Shown: in pieces, positions 9,361 through 18,598 of the stretch
Numbering within the stretch: the first letter of the stretch is position 1
How the letters are laid out: every line of letters starts with the position of its first letter
DNA from: a virus
Reading direction: 5' to 3' (one strand)
DNA: 64,000 nt
Virus record (IMG/VR): IMGVR_UViG_3300020139_000001
Coordinates: 13,757-77,756 of that record
Position numbers and translations under genes: made by a program
Notes under the pieces: model-generated
Database searches by the model: none
What the model was told of the DNA's origin: nothing
Seen by the model: only the letters and a program-made list of their open reading frames with translations

Positions 9361-9964
9361 GTTGTTCACTAGCATTCAAGGGGAGGTTCAGTGGGTAGGA
9401 CGCTATAGTGTCTTCGTGCGATTTGCAGGGTGCAACCTGAATTGTCTTTTTTGTGACACACCTCAAAAAACAAAGATCGATATGGAGATTGATGTACCTC
9501 GCCTTTTGTCCTACCTCAAAGAGGCACAAGCTCAGCATGTAGTGATAACTGGTGGTGAACCACTTCTCAATATCGCTGAGATTGATTACTTGCTTTCTGA
9601 ACTTCCCGAAGAAGTCTCTGTTGAGATAGAGACCAATGGTACGTTACTAGAGAGAGTGCCTAATAAGTGGGTGGGCAAAGTATACTTCAACATCTCCCCC
9701 AAAGTACACTACAGAGAACTATATACATCGCTTCCCCCAGACTGGCCTCATACGGTATACAAATTCCCTGTAGACGAGACCAACTTACAAGAGACAAAGA
9801 GTTTCATTATGCACCATCAGATCCCAAAGAAGATAGTGTACTTTATGCCAATTTCAAAAACATATACGGAGTATGTGCTAAATGCCCCTATAGTACTAGA
9901 GGAGGCACTCTCTTGGAGAGTAAACTTCTCTCCAAGACTTCAACTTATACAAGCGGTAAAATAG
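9344..9964 (+). CDS. queE: 7-carboxy-7-deazaguanine synthase (radical SAM)
   Basis: ELFTSIQGE, FVRFAGCNLNCLFCDT (CxxxCxxC), ITGGEP, IETNG, ISPK, SPRLQ. Confidence 0.93.
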   Translation: MFKLSELFTSIQGEVQWVGRYSVFVRFAGCNLNCLFCDTPQKTKIDMEIDVPRLLSYLKEAQAQHVVITGGEPLLNIAEIDYLLSELPEEVSVEIETNGTLLERVPNKWVGKVYFNISPKVHYRELYTSLPPDWPHTVYKFPVDETNLQETKSFIMHHQIPKKIVYFMPISKTYTEYVLNAPIVLEEALSWRVNFSPRLQLIQAVK

Positions 9965-9973
9965 AGGTGTGCT

Positions 9974-10786
9974 ATGATTGTATATCACCGAATTATGAAG
10001 TACGAAGTCCTGAGGTACTTACAACGACATTTGCCCGCTCCACTAGCGATCAGCATCTTAGATTATGATGTAGTAATGGACACTAACTGGCTCTCAGTTA
10101 GAGAGCACTTCCCTAGTCTGAGGATATTCTTTGATCGTGCTGTGTTCGAGAAGATCGAAGTCAGCACCGACCAATATCTTCGGTGGGTGGAAGTGCTGAA
10201 ACCTGACTGTTGGGTACTTCCTGATGTAATCGACTCATTAGAAGACACTATCCGTCTACTAGGAGAATACTCCTCTCAGATCTCGACTCTGAAACATAGA
10301 GGACAAAGAGTTTTGGTCTTAGCATCAGTACCCACTGATATGTCAATTGACGAAAAGATTAGAAAGTTTATCCAAGACTTCAGGATTACGCATATCGGTA
10401 TTCCTTACAGAAGTGGACCTACTCCTACTTCGTTCTACAACCGGCTGGAAGCAATGTGGTACGCAGATCACCTCCGCTTGAGAAAACATTGGTTAGGTTT
10501 GGAGAGGATCACCGAGCTAGGATGTATATTCTTGACAAACGGAAGTTTAGATACTAATCTGTGTCTAGCTTCCACACTAGAGGGGTTCAGGATATCTGAG
10601 CACTACTCAAAGATAGCTATCCCAGAGAAAGTGGAGAGGATCGATGTAGATCTTTTAAGAGAGAATATTCTGTTGTTGGAGAACTACATTAACTCCCTAC
10701 GGAGGAAGTATGGCAGTACTCCATATACTAGACGAAAATTTTACAAAGGTCGAAGACCATACCGAAGAGGAGTTCGCGTGTCTTAG
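9974..10786 (+). CDS. Divergent TGT-fold protein, putative DpdA-like DNA transglycosylase
   Basis: IFFDRAVFE (compare DSGGF/DNGAFE), VLPDV, IGIP, HWLG, SLDT in TGT order; directly after queE. Confidence 0.65.
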   Translation: MIVYHRIMKYEVLRYLQRHLPAPLAISILDYDVVMDTNWLSVREHFPSLRIFFDRAVFEKIEVSTDQYLRWVEVLKPDCWVLPDVIDSLEDTIRLLGEYSSQISTLKHRGQRVLVLASVPTDMSIDEKIRKFIQDFRITHIGIPYRSGPTPTSFYNRLEAMWYADHLRLRKHWLGLERITELGCIFLTNGSLDTNLCLASTLEGFRISEHYSKIAIPEKVERIDVDLLRENILLLENYINSLRRKYGSTPYTRRKFYKGRRPYRRGVRVS

Positions 10787-12023
10787 AGAGCTCCTTTCTT
10801 ACACACAATATTATATGATGTACGGTAGGTGGATAAGAGATACTAAATATCTCTTGTCCGCCACCAAAAAATTAATGCCCACCGGATTGGTTCCTTATGT
10901 TCAGTCACGTTTGACAATACCACTCAACATTATTGATGACAGAGTTCATTGGACTCTAGACATCTCTTCCATACAAGGCAAGCTAGAACCCTATCAGCAA
11001 GAGGTATTGAGTCAGATACAACAGAAGAAGAGATGTATTGTATGTTTACCCACAGGTAGTGGGAAGACTTACATGTACAGCGTCGTGAGTGCATTCATTG
11101 ATAAGAAGGTAGCGATCGTCGTACCCGCAAAAGAAGTTCTGGATCAGGTTGAGAGAACCTTGAGAGAGTATACCAATGACTTTGTTGTCTTCTGGGGGCC
11201 AAAAACTGACTTGGACAAAAGAATCGTAATATCTACTGCGGGCACGCTAGCCGCAAGATTCAACTACATAAGGGAAGAGATGTCTACTGTTGAGGTGCTG
11301 TTTGCAGATGAAGCACATTACTATGGTGCAAACTCATTCTTCAGAGTCTCACACTTGTTTCCCAGAGCACACTATCGTGTGGGGTTTTCTGCTACGCCAG
11401 TAGGTAGATCCGATAAAGCTGATCTTCGTGTGTTAGGAGTGTTTTCTCCCGAGATGATCTATACGACACATAAGATAGATAGGATCGTACCCGTAAGCGT
11501 AGTATTTTTGGATTATACAAAGAATAACCCAGCGTTTTCTGACCCAGAAGACTATGAAGCTCTCTTAAAGGATCGTCGTAGGATCCAAGCTATCTGTTGG
11601 ATTGCTTCCCAACTGCGGGATACACAGATCCCGTTTCTTATATTCGTAGACAGGCTTGAGTTAGGCGAGAAGATCGCCTTTCACTTGCAGATTCCGTTCG
11701 TTACAGCAAACTCCAACGACAGAGGCAAAGTCTTCCAACAGATAAGAGAGAATAAACTTATAGGTGCCGTTACAACAATTGGACACACCGGATTGGATAT
11801 TCCGGTACTAATGGCTATTATCAACACCGTACGAGACACTACACCTATAAGTTTGGGACAACGTGCAGGACGTGTAATGAGGAAACTGGACTCGAAGAAC
11901 ATTGGAGTAGTGTTCGATTTCTTAGATCGAGGAAGGTTACCTGCACGTTGGGCTAGTAAAAGAATGAGAGTATATCAAGCGTTAGGATTTAGTGTTATGA
12001 CTTTGGAGGTACCAATGTTATGA
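10710..12023 (+). CDS. SF2 helicase, UvsW-like
   Basis: LPTGSGKT, DEAH, SAT, TGLDIP, QRAGRVMR. Confidence 0.92.
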   Translation: MAVLHILDENFTKVEDHTEEEFACLRELLSYTQYYMMYGRWIRDTKYLLSATKKLMPTGLVPYVQSRLTIPLNIIDDRVHWTLDISSIQGKLEPYQQEVLSQIQQKKRCIVCLPTGSGKTYMYSVVSAFIDKKVAIVVPAKEVLDQVERTLREYTNDFVVFWGPKTDLDKRIVISTAGTLAARFNYIREEMSTVEVLFADEAHYYGANSFFRVSHLFPRAHYRVGFSATPVGRSDKADLRVLGVFSPEMIYTTHKIDRIVPVSVVFLDYTKNNPAFSDPEDYEALLKDRRRIQAICWIASQLRDTQIPFLIFVDRLELGEKIAFHLQIPFVTANSNDRGKVFQQIRENKLIGAVTTIGHTGLDIPVLMAIINTVRDTTPISLGQRAGRVMRKLDSKNIGVVFDFLDRGRLPARWASKRMRVYQALGFSVMTLEVPML

Positions 12024-12691
12024 TTCTCCGTGTGACAAATCTAGAATTTGTACAGACGTGCGAGGTTCAGTTTGCTTTTGCTCATTCAGGAAGGTTCGTG
12101 TTCGAGTCCGCAGCGTCAAAACGTGGAAAAGAGCTGCATACGTTGTTCGAAAGTATAGTGAGGGGAGACCTAACAAAAGTGCCCTCTCACTATACTACTA
12201 TAGTCAATAACTTACGACAATGGTGGGTATCCAAAGAACGTACTGTACTATTGCAAGAAAAGAGACTGCGAGTCAAGCTCGGAGAAGGTATAGAGCTCAC
12301 CGGCAAACCTGACTTGGTAGTAAAAGAAGACGGTCTCGTAAAGATCGTCGATCTCAAAACTGGACAGAATCCTGAGACCTATCTGTACTCACCACAACTC
12401 CCCTTGTATGCAATACTTATCATGTTGCATACATCATGTCAGGTTCAGCCACGTATGCTTGCTGTACTTGGTGTAGATGGGCGTTCATATGAGAAAGATA
12501 TGACACTCGAGGATATTACGTTCGCTACAAAATTGATAGAGTTTGCAGTTGCGATACTCGAGAGAGGATACTTCCGAAAGGGATACAGCTGTAGTTATTG
12601 TGACTACTTCCCTCTGTGTTTCCAGATCAAGAAACACGTAGTAACGATGGAGGATATCGACAAACTTTCACTACAGGAGGTGACAAAATGA
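12020..12691 (+). CDS. PD-(D/E)XK RecB/Cas4-like exonuclease
   Basis: G..LH, GKPD, VDLKTG, QLPLY, N-terminal Cys with C-terminal CSYC..C. Confidence 0.85.
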   Translation: MILRVTNLEFVQTCEVQFAFAHSGRFVFESAASKRGKELHTLFESIVRGDLTKVPSHYTTIVNNLRQWWVSKERTVLLQEKRLRVKLGEGIELTGKPDLVVKEDGLVKIVDLKTGQNPETYLYSPQLPLYAILIMLHTSCQVQPRMLAVLGVDGRSYEKDMTLEDITFATKLIEFAVAILERGYFRKGYSCSYCDYFPLCFQIKKHVVTMEDIDKLSLQEVTK

Positions 12692-13356
12692 GGTTCAGGT
12701 GTTGGGTAAGAGGAGATGACAATGTTTGGCACGACGAGGGACGTTGGACGGCGTCCGACTACCTTGACTGTTTCAATAAGATACTCACAACTAGAGCTGA
12801 GAGAGAAGGCCAACCCGTATGGCAGAACGCTGAGTTTCCTATTCAAGTTCAAGAAGATGCACTTATGGAGATAGACGATTGGTCACCTATTCGTGCTCCA
12901 GGACAAGCGCTGAGTAACTTCAATGCGGCGTTCATTATAGCCTACGAAGAGACGCCATACGTTCGTTGGATACACACAGAGCTATCACTTCTTCGGGATA
13001 AGGATGTAGGATCTACATTTAGAGCTTATATTCGTGGAGAGAGTGGGAGGTGGATAGATGGAGGCTTTCTCTACACGAGTGATCCACGAGAGGCAGTAAA
13101 ACTAGTGCTTTCTGGAGCACCAGAACAGTACGCTGAAGCTGGCAGAAAATACTACAAGTGGGACAATGCTTGGTTTGAACTAGGAGAGGAGTCTTCAATC
13201 AACGTGAGCTGGGAAACGATTTCCTCTCCTATTGACATACGATCTACCCCGGTATATTTTAGTGGAGACAACCACGTGATCGTTCTGTACGACGGACTGA
13301 GGTACATGAGATGGTTGTTACAAGAGTTAACAGCGAGATTGGCGTGTTGTAGTTGA
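12688..13356 (+). CDS. Hypothetical protein, two tandem ~110-aa Trp-rich domains
   Basis: GGAGGTG SD before ATG 12688; internal duplication FRCWVRG..WHDEG / FRAYIRG..WIDGG. Confidence 0.7.
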   Translation: MRFRCWVRGDDNVWHDEGRWTASDYLDCFNKILTTRAEREGQPVWQNAEFPIQVQEDALMEIDDWSPIRAPGQALSNFNAAFIIAYEETPYVRWIHTELSLLRDKDVGSTFRAYIRGESGRWIDGGFLYTSDPREAVKLVLSGAPEQYAEAGRKYYKWDNAWFELGEESSINVSWETISSPIDIRSTPVYFSGDNHVIVLYDGLRYMRWLLQELTARLACCS

Positions 13357-13541
13357 AAAAGTGTGTCCAATGTGGTAGGAGTTTTAACAAGAGTAAGGGC
13401 AAGAACCTTTGCCAAAGGTGTTACTATAAACATATGATTTGGAGCAAGCACCGTAAGAAAGGAGGTACACATGTGCACTCTCTTAGGATGGTACAGCACT
13501 GTGCCAGTACGAACACCAAAGAAACTACTACCGTACGTTGA
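13353..13541 (+). CDS. Small C4 zinc-finger protein
   Basis: CVQC...CQRC, basic; overlaps the next gene. Confidence 0.45.
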   Translation: MKKCVQCGRSFNKSKGKNLCQRCYYKHMIWSKHRKKGGTHVHSLRMVQHCASTNTKETTTVR

Positions 13542-14943
13542 TGCCAGAGGACGAGATGCTTTTGGTGTCTACGTGGAAACACTAGGAAAATTTGTTTTCT
13601 CATCAAAGAAGGATCTCCTCCAGTTTCTACATCATTTACCTGGGCAAAGATTCGTATCGATTGTATCGAGAGCAATACCTGCAAGTGAGAGGCACGCTAC
13701 GGACGTTGAAAAAGATACACAACCTTTTACAGACCAGAACTGGGTAGTAACACATAATGGTATTATCGCAAACGACGAAACCCTAGAGAAACAATACTCC
13801 CTTACGAGAACTTCAAAAGTGGACACTGCCGTAGTACCACCACTATTACAAAAACTAGGAATCGAGGACACTCTTAAAGCACTACAAGGAAGCTTTGCGT
13901 TAACCGTCTACAAAAGGAACACAGGTACGTTGTACTTAGCAACTAACTTTATGCCTCTCTATTGGGCAGTATCCGGAGCCATGGTAATGTGGTCTAGTAT
14001 GCCTATCCCAGGCTTTCAACCTTTGGAGCCCTACTCTTATTTGACTATCAACAAAAGGAGTGACCATACGTTCAATGTAGTGTCCACAAGACTGCCTACC
14101 ACATTGGACCAATCTAGAGTCGCAGTCGTATGTAGTGGAGGAATGGATAGCGTTACTACATTGCGATTGTATCAAGTCTTAGGTTACTCACCTACCATTG
14201 TCCACTTCGACTATGGACAAGCAGCTAGCGAAGTAGAGGACTACTGCACATCAAGAATAAGTGAGATCTACGGGATACCGAAGTTAAAGCTAGAAGTATC
14301 CCAAATATTCAAACACATGAAGTCTGTCCTTACTACGGCGAAAGCTGCCGATCCAAAGTATAGGCATTGGGATATGGAAAGCACCTACTCATACGTAGGT
14401 GCAAGAAACTTGATACTAGCATCTTTAGCTATGGGCATTGCAGAAGAACTGAACATTGGAAGACTTGCTCTAGGACTGAATCTGGATGATGGAGGAGGGT
14501 ATCCAGACAACAACTCCCCCTTTGTAGACACTCTACACCAATTGAGTGCTTATGCTCTCAATTGGAACCATTACATGTACGTAGAAGCACCATTTGTACA
14601 CCTTACGAAGAAAGAGATACTCGAAGTAGCTCTAGCTATAGGATCTCCTCTACATCTCACCGCTTCGTGCTACTACCCCAAACTAGAGGGCTCACAAATT
14701 GTGTATTGTGGACAGTGCGGATGCGACAAGCTAAGGGAAGAGAGCTTTAGAGCTCTTGGTATTAAGGACCCTATCCCTTACGCTACCAACCCATCTTGGG
14801 AAGGTTGTTCAGAACTAGAGCAAACAGACTGGGTTCGGGTTAGAGAGCCCCACACAAGACTTAAGCTAGAGGAGATACCTTACCACAAGTATCTACAGCT
14901 TCGCTCAGATTTGTCAGTAGTAAACTCATTTACTACATCATAG
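13471..14943 (+). CDS. queC: Gat-QueC fusion (class II glutamine amidotransferase + preQ0 synthase)
   Basis: N-terminal MC, RGRD, QPF, HNG, DT (Ntn Gat domain); SGGMDS, FDYGQ, ARN, YPDN, SCY..CGQCGC (QueC domain). Confidence 0.92.
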   Translation: MCTLLGWYSTVPVRTPKKLLPYVDARGRDAFGVYVETLGKFVFSSKKDLLQFLHHLPGQRFVSIVSRAIPASERHATDVEKDTQPFTDQNWVVTHNGIIANDETLEKQYSLTRTSKVDTAVVPPLLQKLGIEDTLKALQGSFALTVYKRNTGTLYLATNFMPLYWAVSGAMVMWSSMPIPGFQPLEPYSYLTINKRSDHTFNVVSTRLPTTLDQSRVAVVCSGGMDSVTTLRLYQVLGYSPTIVHFDYGQAASEVEDYCTSRISEIYGIPKLKLEVSQIFKHMKSVLTTAKAADPKYRHWDMESTYSYVGARNLILASLAMGIAEELNIGRLALGLNLDDGGGYPDNNSPFVDTLHQLSAYALNWNHYMYVEAPFVHLTKKEILEVALAIGSPLHLTASCYYPKLEGSQIVYCGQCGCDKLREESFRALGIKDPIPYATNPSWEGCSELEQTDWVRVREPHTRLKLEEIPYHKYLQLRSDLSVVNSFTTS

Positions 14944-14956
14944 AAGGAGGAATGCA

Positions 14957-15316
14957 ATGATACTACGAATATTGACGTTCATATCAGTATACTGGTGTGC
15001 ACAAGCGAATATCTTGCGTAGTGTTGAGTTCGCATTAGCATTCTCAATCATAATACTTTTGAACGCAGTTCTGGGATCAACCTATTGGATCGCAAAAAGG
15101 ATGCCACACGCACTTGATGTACTTGAGGTTCCACCGCAGGTGAAGAGAGAGTTGAGAGCCTATTTGGGTCCAGCTCCTCTGCTTTGGGTAGTTTGTGCAG
15201 GTGGGATAGATGCATGCATTATCTATCTTATCTACAAAACAATACCAAACTACGCGATAGGGTACAGTATAGGTTCCGTACTCTACGTACTAGGACGTAC
15301 TGCAGCTGTTAAATAA
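14957..15316 (+). CDS. Small integral membrane protein
   Basis: 3-4 hydrophobic segments; AAGGAGG SD. Confidence 0.65.
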   Translation: MILRILTFISVYWCAQANILRSVEFALAFSIIILLNAVLGSTYWIAKRMPHALDVLEVPPQVKRELRAYLGPAPLLWVVCAGGIDACIIYLIYKTIPNYAIGYSIGSVLYVLGRTAAVK

Positions 15317-15431
15317 AATTGACGCTACTACAGCTGCAAATATCCTTCTAAGTTAAATACCACATATATTACTATAGACATCGACGAGCGCTTAGCGCTC
15401 TAAAAAAAATTTGATTCAAAGGAGGTGCGAA

Positions 15432-16043
15432 ATGTTCAGAGTCTGGCTACAGAGCGAGGGGGGCCTCCTCTGGGAAGATTTAGGCATCTTCTTAGGGGAG
15501 TTGAACGTCCTCCCTCAGTGGGCTAAGTGGAAGACAGGCCTCAAAATCAGAGGAGTATGGAGAGAAAAGATAGGAAGGCCCTTCGAGTTGCCTGCGTACT
15601 GGTACGATGCGTACGGGGGTTGGATATGGGCCTACCCCTTAGAGAACTACAAGGAGTGGGTAGACAAAGCCCTACTGGACGCAGTAGAGAAGGCATCCAA
15701 AGGGTACCAGAAGCTTTTTCTCCGTTCCAAAAGCGCTACATGGAAAGACCTGGGTTGGGTGAGAGGAGAATCTCTCTTACTGCACGAACTAGACAGGCTA
15801 GTTCGTGCAGTAAGGAGAAGGGGGGAGAAATTTCCTTCTCCTTACCGGGTGACGACGATACCCGCCTTACACCCCTTTTGGGGATGTAAAGAGATGATGA
15901 GCGTCGTAGGACGACGGAGAGAACGTATCGCCCTCTTCGGGGGGGCGCAATACGTGAAATGGCTACAGAGCGAGGCGCACAATATCGAAGTGATGAGGTA
16001 CAGGGGAGCTATGCTCCCCTCGCAGATTTGCGGTAACAATTGA
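15432..16043 (+). CDS. Hypothetical protein, paralog of 12688-13356
   Basis: GGAGGTG SD before ATG 15432; FRVWLQSE..WEDLG and LFLRSK..WKDLG duplicated domain. Confidence 0.7.
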   Translation: MFRVWLQSEGGLLWEDLGIFLGELNVLPQWAKWKTGLKIRGVWREKIGRPFELPAYWYDAYGGWIWAYPLENYKEWVDKALLDAVEKASKGYQKLFLRSKSATWKDLGWVRGESLLLHELDRLVRAVRRRGEKFPSPYRVTTIPALHPFWGCKEMMSVVGRRRERIALFGGAQYVKWLQSEAHNIEVMRYRGAMLPSQICGNN

Positions 16044-17279
16044 ATGATGATGAAATGGAAGACACTTGCACCGCAGTTAGAGAAGATCGAGAGGACGAGA
16101 ACGTTGTCTCAGAAGGAACAGCTTCTGAGACAAGTTGCGTCCGATCCGCTTGGGAGAGAAGTGTTCAAGTATACTTACTCCCCAAAGCTGAGATATTACA
16201 TCAAGTCTCCCCTACCAGAAAACTACGAGTCTGGCAAAGAGAGGCTTGATGTAGAGAGACTTTGGAGACTATATACTCAGTTGCTAGAAGAACTAGCACG
16301 CATACGCGTACGAACGATACAGATAGTCACCAAAGTCAGACAGTTCCTGTCGCAAGTTCCCCAACCATATTTAAAGTGGTGGGTCAGAATCCTCAATCGA
16401 GACCTAAGACTAGGTGTAGGAGAGGTACTCATAAAGAAGTACTTTCCTGGAGTACTTCCCGACATAGAAGTAATGAAAGCGTACCTAGTCACTCAGGTCA
16501 AGAAACTCCCACCACAAGTCTATATAGAACCAAAATATGATGGCGTGCGTCTTATCCTAATACAGGATGAGGACTCACTACGAGTATACACACGTAATGG
16601 GAGGAGGCAGGAACAGTTAGAGGATGTACTAGAAAAGTGTGGTCTTCCATTGGGAGTATATGACAGTGAGGGGTTTCTAAAAGATTGGAACACGACAACG
16701 TCTGCTCTAGTAAAGGAACCCCATAAGCTAGTCATATATGTATTCGACTATATCTCTCTGGAAGATTACAGACGAGGGAAAGGTACATCCTTACCACTCA
16801 AACGTAGGAAGAAATTGTTGGCTGAAAAGCTAAAGGGCGTACGATGCAGGAGCGTACGTCTTGCGGAGTCGTACCTCATAGACTCTACGGACGTCAACAG
16901 GATGTATGAGAGGTTCATTAAAACAGGGTATGAGGGTGCTATGATCAAAGATCCGGATTCACCGTACGTTCCGTACAGATCGACATACTGGTTGAAGCTG
17001 AAAGAAAGAGACGTTGACGTCTACAGAGTGATCGAGGTGCTACCTGGTACTGGAAAGTACCAGAATGCCCTAGGAGCGATTGTGGTTAGGGCAAAGGACG
17101 GGACTACCTTTCGAGTAGGCTCAGGGTTTACAGATAGACAGAGAGTGGAATTCTGGAGGAATCCTAACGAGATACTCGGAAGGTGTGTGGAAGTGGCCCT
17201 CTTCACTTCCGCACAAAAGATGAGTAAAGCCCCCTTCCCTACCTTCATAAGACTCCGCCCTGACGTAAGCTCCTGCTAG
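16044..17279 (+). CDS. lig: ATP-dependent DNA ligase
   Basis: EPKYDG (motif I), YVFD, EGAMIK, WLKLK, VGSGF OB fold, FPTFIRLRPD. Confidence 0.95.
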   Translation: MMMKWKTLAPQLEKIERTRTLSQKEQLLRQVASDPLGREVFKYTYSPKLRYYIKSPLPENYESGKERLDVERLWRLYTQLLEELARIRVRTIQIVTKVRQFLSQVPQPYLKWWVRILNRDLRLGVGEVLIKKYFPGVLPDIEVMKAYLVTQVKKLPPQVYIEPKYDGVRLILIQDEDSLRVYTRNGRRQEQLEDVLEKCGLPLGVYDSEGFLKDWNTTTSALVKEPHKLVIYVFDYISLEDYRRGKGTSLPLKRRKKLLAEKLKGVRCRSVRLAESYLIDSTDVNRMYERFIKTGYEGAMIKDPDSPYVPYRSTYWLKLKERDVDVYRVIEVLPGTGKYQNALGAIVVRAKDGTTFRVGSGFTDRQRVEFWRNPNEILGRCVEVALFTSAQKMSKAPFPTFIRLRPDVSSC

Positions 17280-17536
17280 TACCAGTCCTCTCGTGTGCAT
17301 GAGGAGAGAATGCTCATGTCGCACTGCCCCTTCGCGGCTTGCTGCCAGTCGCGATTGACCGAAGGCGGTCCAGGTAAAAAGGAGCCGTAGTAGTTTGCTT
17401 GTGGCTGAAGTACAATGACGGAGCCGCCACAAGTACACTGAGGTCTCCCGTGGGGGAGTGATCGTCTATACCTTGGGTATAGACCACGTCCTTAACTACT
17501 ACACTCCTCTGCACAATTCGAGGAGGACAGGTAGCA
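17274..17536 (+). ncRNA. Putative ~260-nt multi-stem structured RNA / leader
   Basis: At least 7 nested or serial stems found by eye, G-U pairs favour the + strand, closing stem covers the downstream SD. Confidence 0.6.
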
Positions 17537-17625
17537 TGAACCCCAGGACCAAAAGAATTCTGGGCATCATTGCTTACGTGTGCATTATCATAGCACGTAT
17601 AATACTAGAGATACTTCCAGCGTAA
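17536..17625 (+). CDS. 29-aa hydrophobic peptide MNPRTKRILGIIAYVCIIIARIILEILPA
   Basis: GAGGAGG SD upstream; basic N-terminus plus one TM helix; below the ORF-track size cutoff. Confidence 0.6.
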   Translation: MNPRTKRILGIIAYVCIIIARIILEILPA

Positions 17626-17693
17626 GCAAGATGCTCGAAAAAAAAGATCTTTCTATCTATAACTTTAACTTTGTAGACATCAGGCGACTAGTA

Positions 17694-17748
17694 CAAAAAA
17701 GTCTCAATATAGGAGAGCGTACAGCTCTCCTATATTGAGACTTTTTTG
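17694..17748. terminator. Bidirectional intrinsic terminator (perfect 25-bp inverted repeat)
   Basis: CAAAAAAGTCTCAATATAGGAGAGC-GTACA-reverse complement, between convergent gene blocks. Confidence 0.88.
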
Positions 17749-17764
17749 CGTAAACGATCGTACT

Positions 17765-18589
17765 CTAATACTCTGACTCTACCTCTGAAGGCTTAGCTTG
17801 TCGTAGAATCGTTACAACACTCTGTACTAGATTATCGTGTTTCTTCCTCAAGACCTCTAGTACAGGACTACCTATTATTATACGATCATAATTAAAGGTG
17901 GTGGACAGTTTGCGAGTGTCATAAGAAGAGACGTCGAGGACCATAGAAGACAGTGGCACAGTAGACGGATATACCCCTACTAGCAAGATAGCATATGTTA
18001 AGTGAATACTGGGTGTGAAAACCAAGACTAATAAGTTTGTCTTGAAGACGGGAGAACTAGCCACTGTCTTCAAGTCTGGATTCACTGTACCAACACCATA
18101 GTACGCAGTCGACCTATCACGATCCACCCTATATAGAGCCCGTGGAAACTGTCTATATTGTGGAAGACTGTAGTGCCACACTGTGAGCAAATTCAACACT
18201 CTACTATACTCGTCATCTACCAATATGAGTTCCACAGAAGAATCATACACTGCGCGTGTAGGCATATGGTATGCAGTATCGTTGAATCCTCTCCACACCA
18301 TTGTGCTCTCTACATTGATATTTTGAAATGAAATTTGTTGTATGCTAGATAAGAACCACCACCCATAAGAGTCAGCTTCTAATATCCTACCCACTATAGA
18401 GTTTTCTGGCACTTCTAAGAGAGCACAATAGAATCCATCTATAGCAGGAGTAGCTATCTCGGAGGTAACACCTAACTGGTACTCGTGGAAGGATTCCTGA
18501 GGACTACTACTAGGAGTAGCAGTACGTACTTCGCTAACATAATAGGGATCTCTTCTAAGAGAGATACTCTGAAGAATAGGAAAGTCCAT
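17765..18589 (-). CDS. Tail tube-like protein (gp19/gp48/gp54 family)
   Basis: Follows sheath; LVGVYPSTVP..STTFNYDR; similar to 30091-30765. Confidence 0.7.
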   Translation of the reverse strand: MDFPILQSISLRRDPYYVSEVRTATPSSSPQESFHEYQLGVTSEIATPAIDGFYCALLEVPENSIVGRILEADSYGWWFLSSIQQISFQNINVESTMVWRGFNDTAYHMPTRAVYDSSVELILVDDEYSRVLNLLTVWHYSLPQYRQFPRALYRVDRDRSTAYYGVGTVNPDLKTVASSPVFKTNLLVLVFTPSIHLTYAILLVGVYPSTVPLSSMVLDVSSYDTRKLSTTFNYDRIIIGSPVLEVLRKKHDNLVQSVVTILRQAKPSEVESEY

Positions 18590-18598
18590 AGCTCCTTC

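Noticed and set aside
12020-12691. cas4 as part of a CRISPR system
   Set aside because: No other cas genes or array; solo Cas4-like nucleases are common in phage recombination modules.
17430-17490. Group I intron core (GGTATAGACC resembles the S element) or cobalamin riboswitch (CACTGCCCC)
   Set aside because: No matching R/P/Q elements or B12 box, no interrupted gene, and the segment is better explained as a local hairpin.
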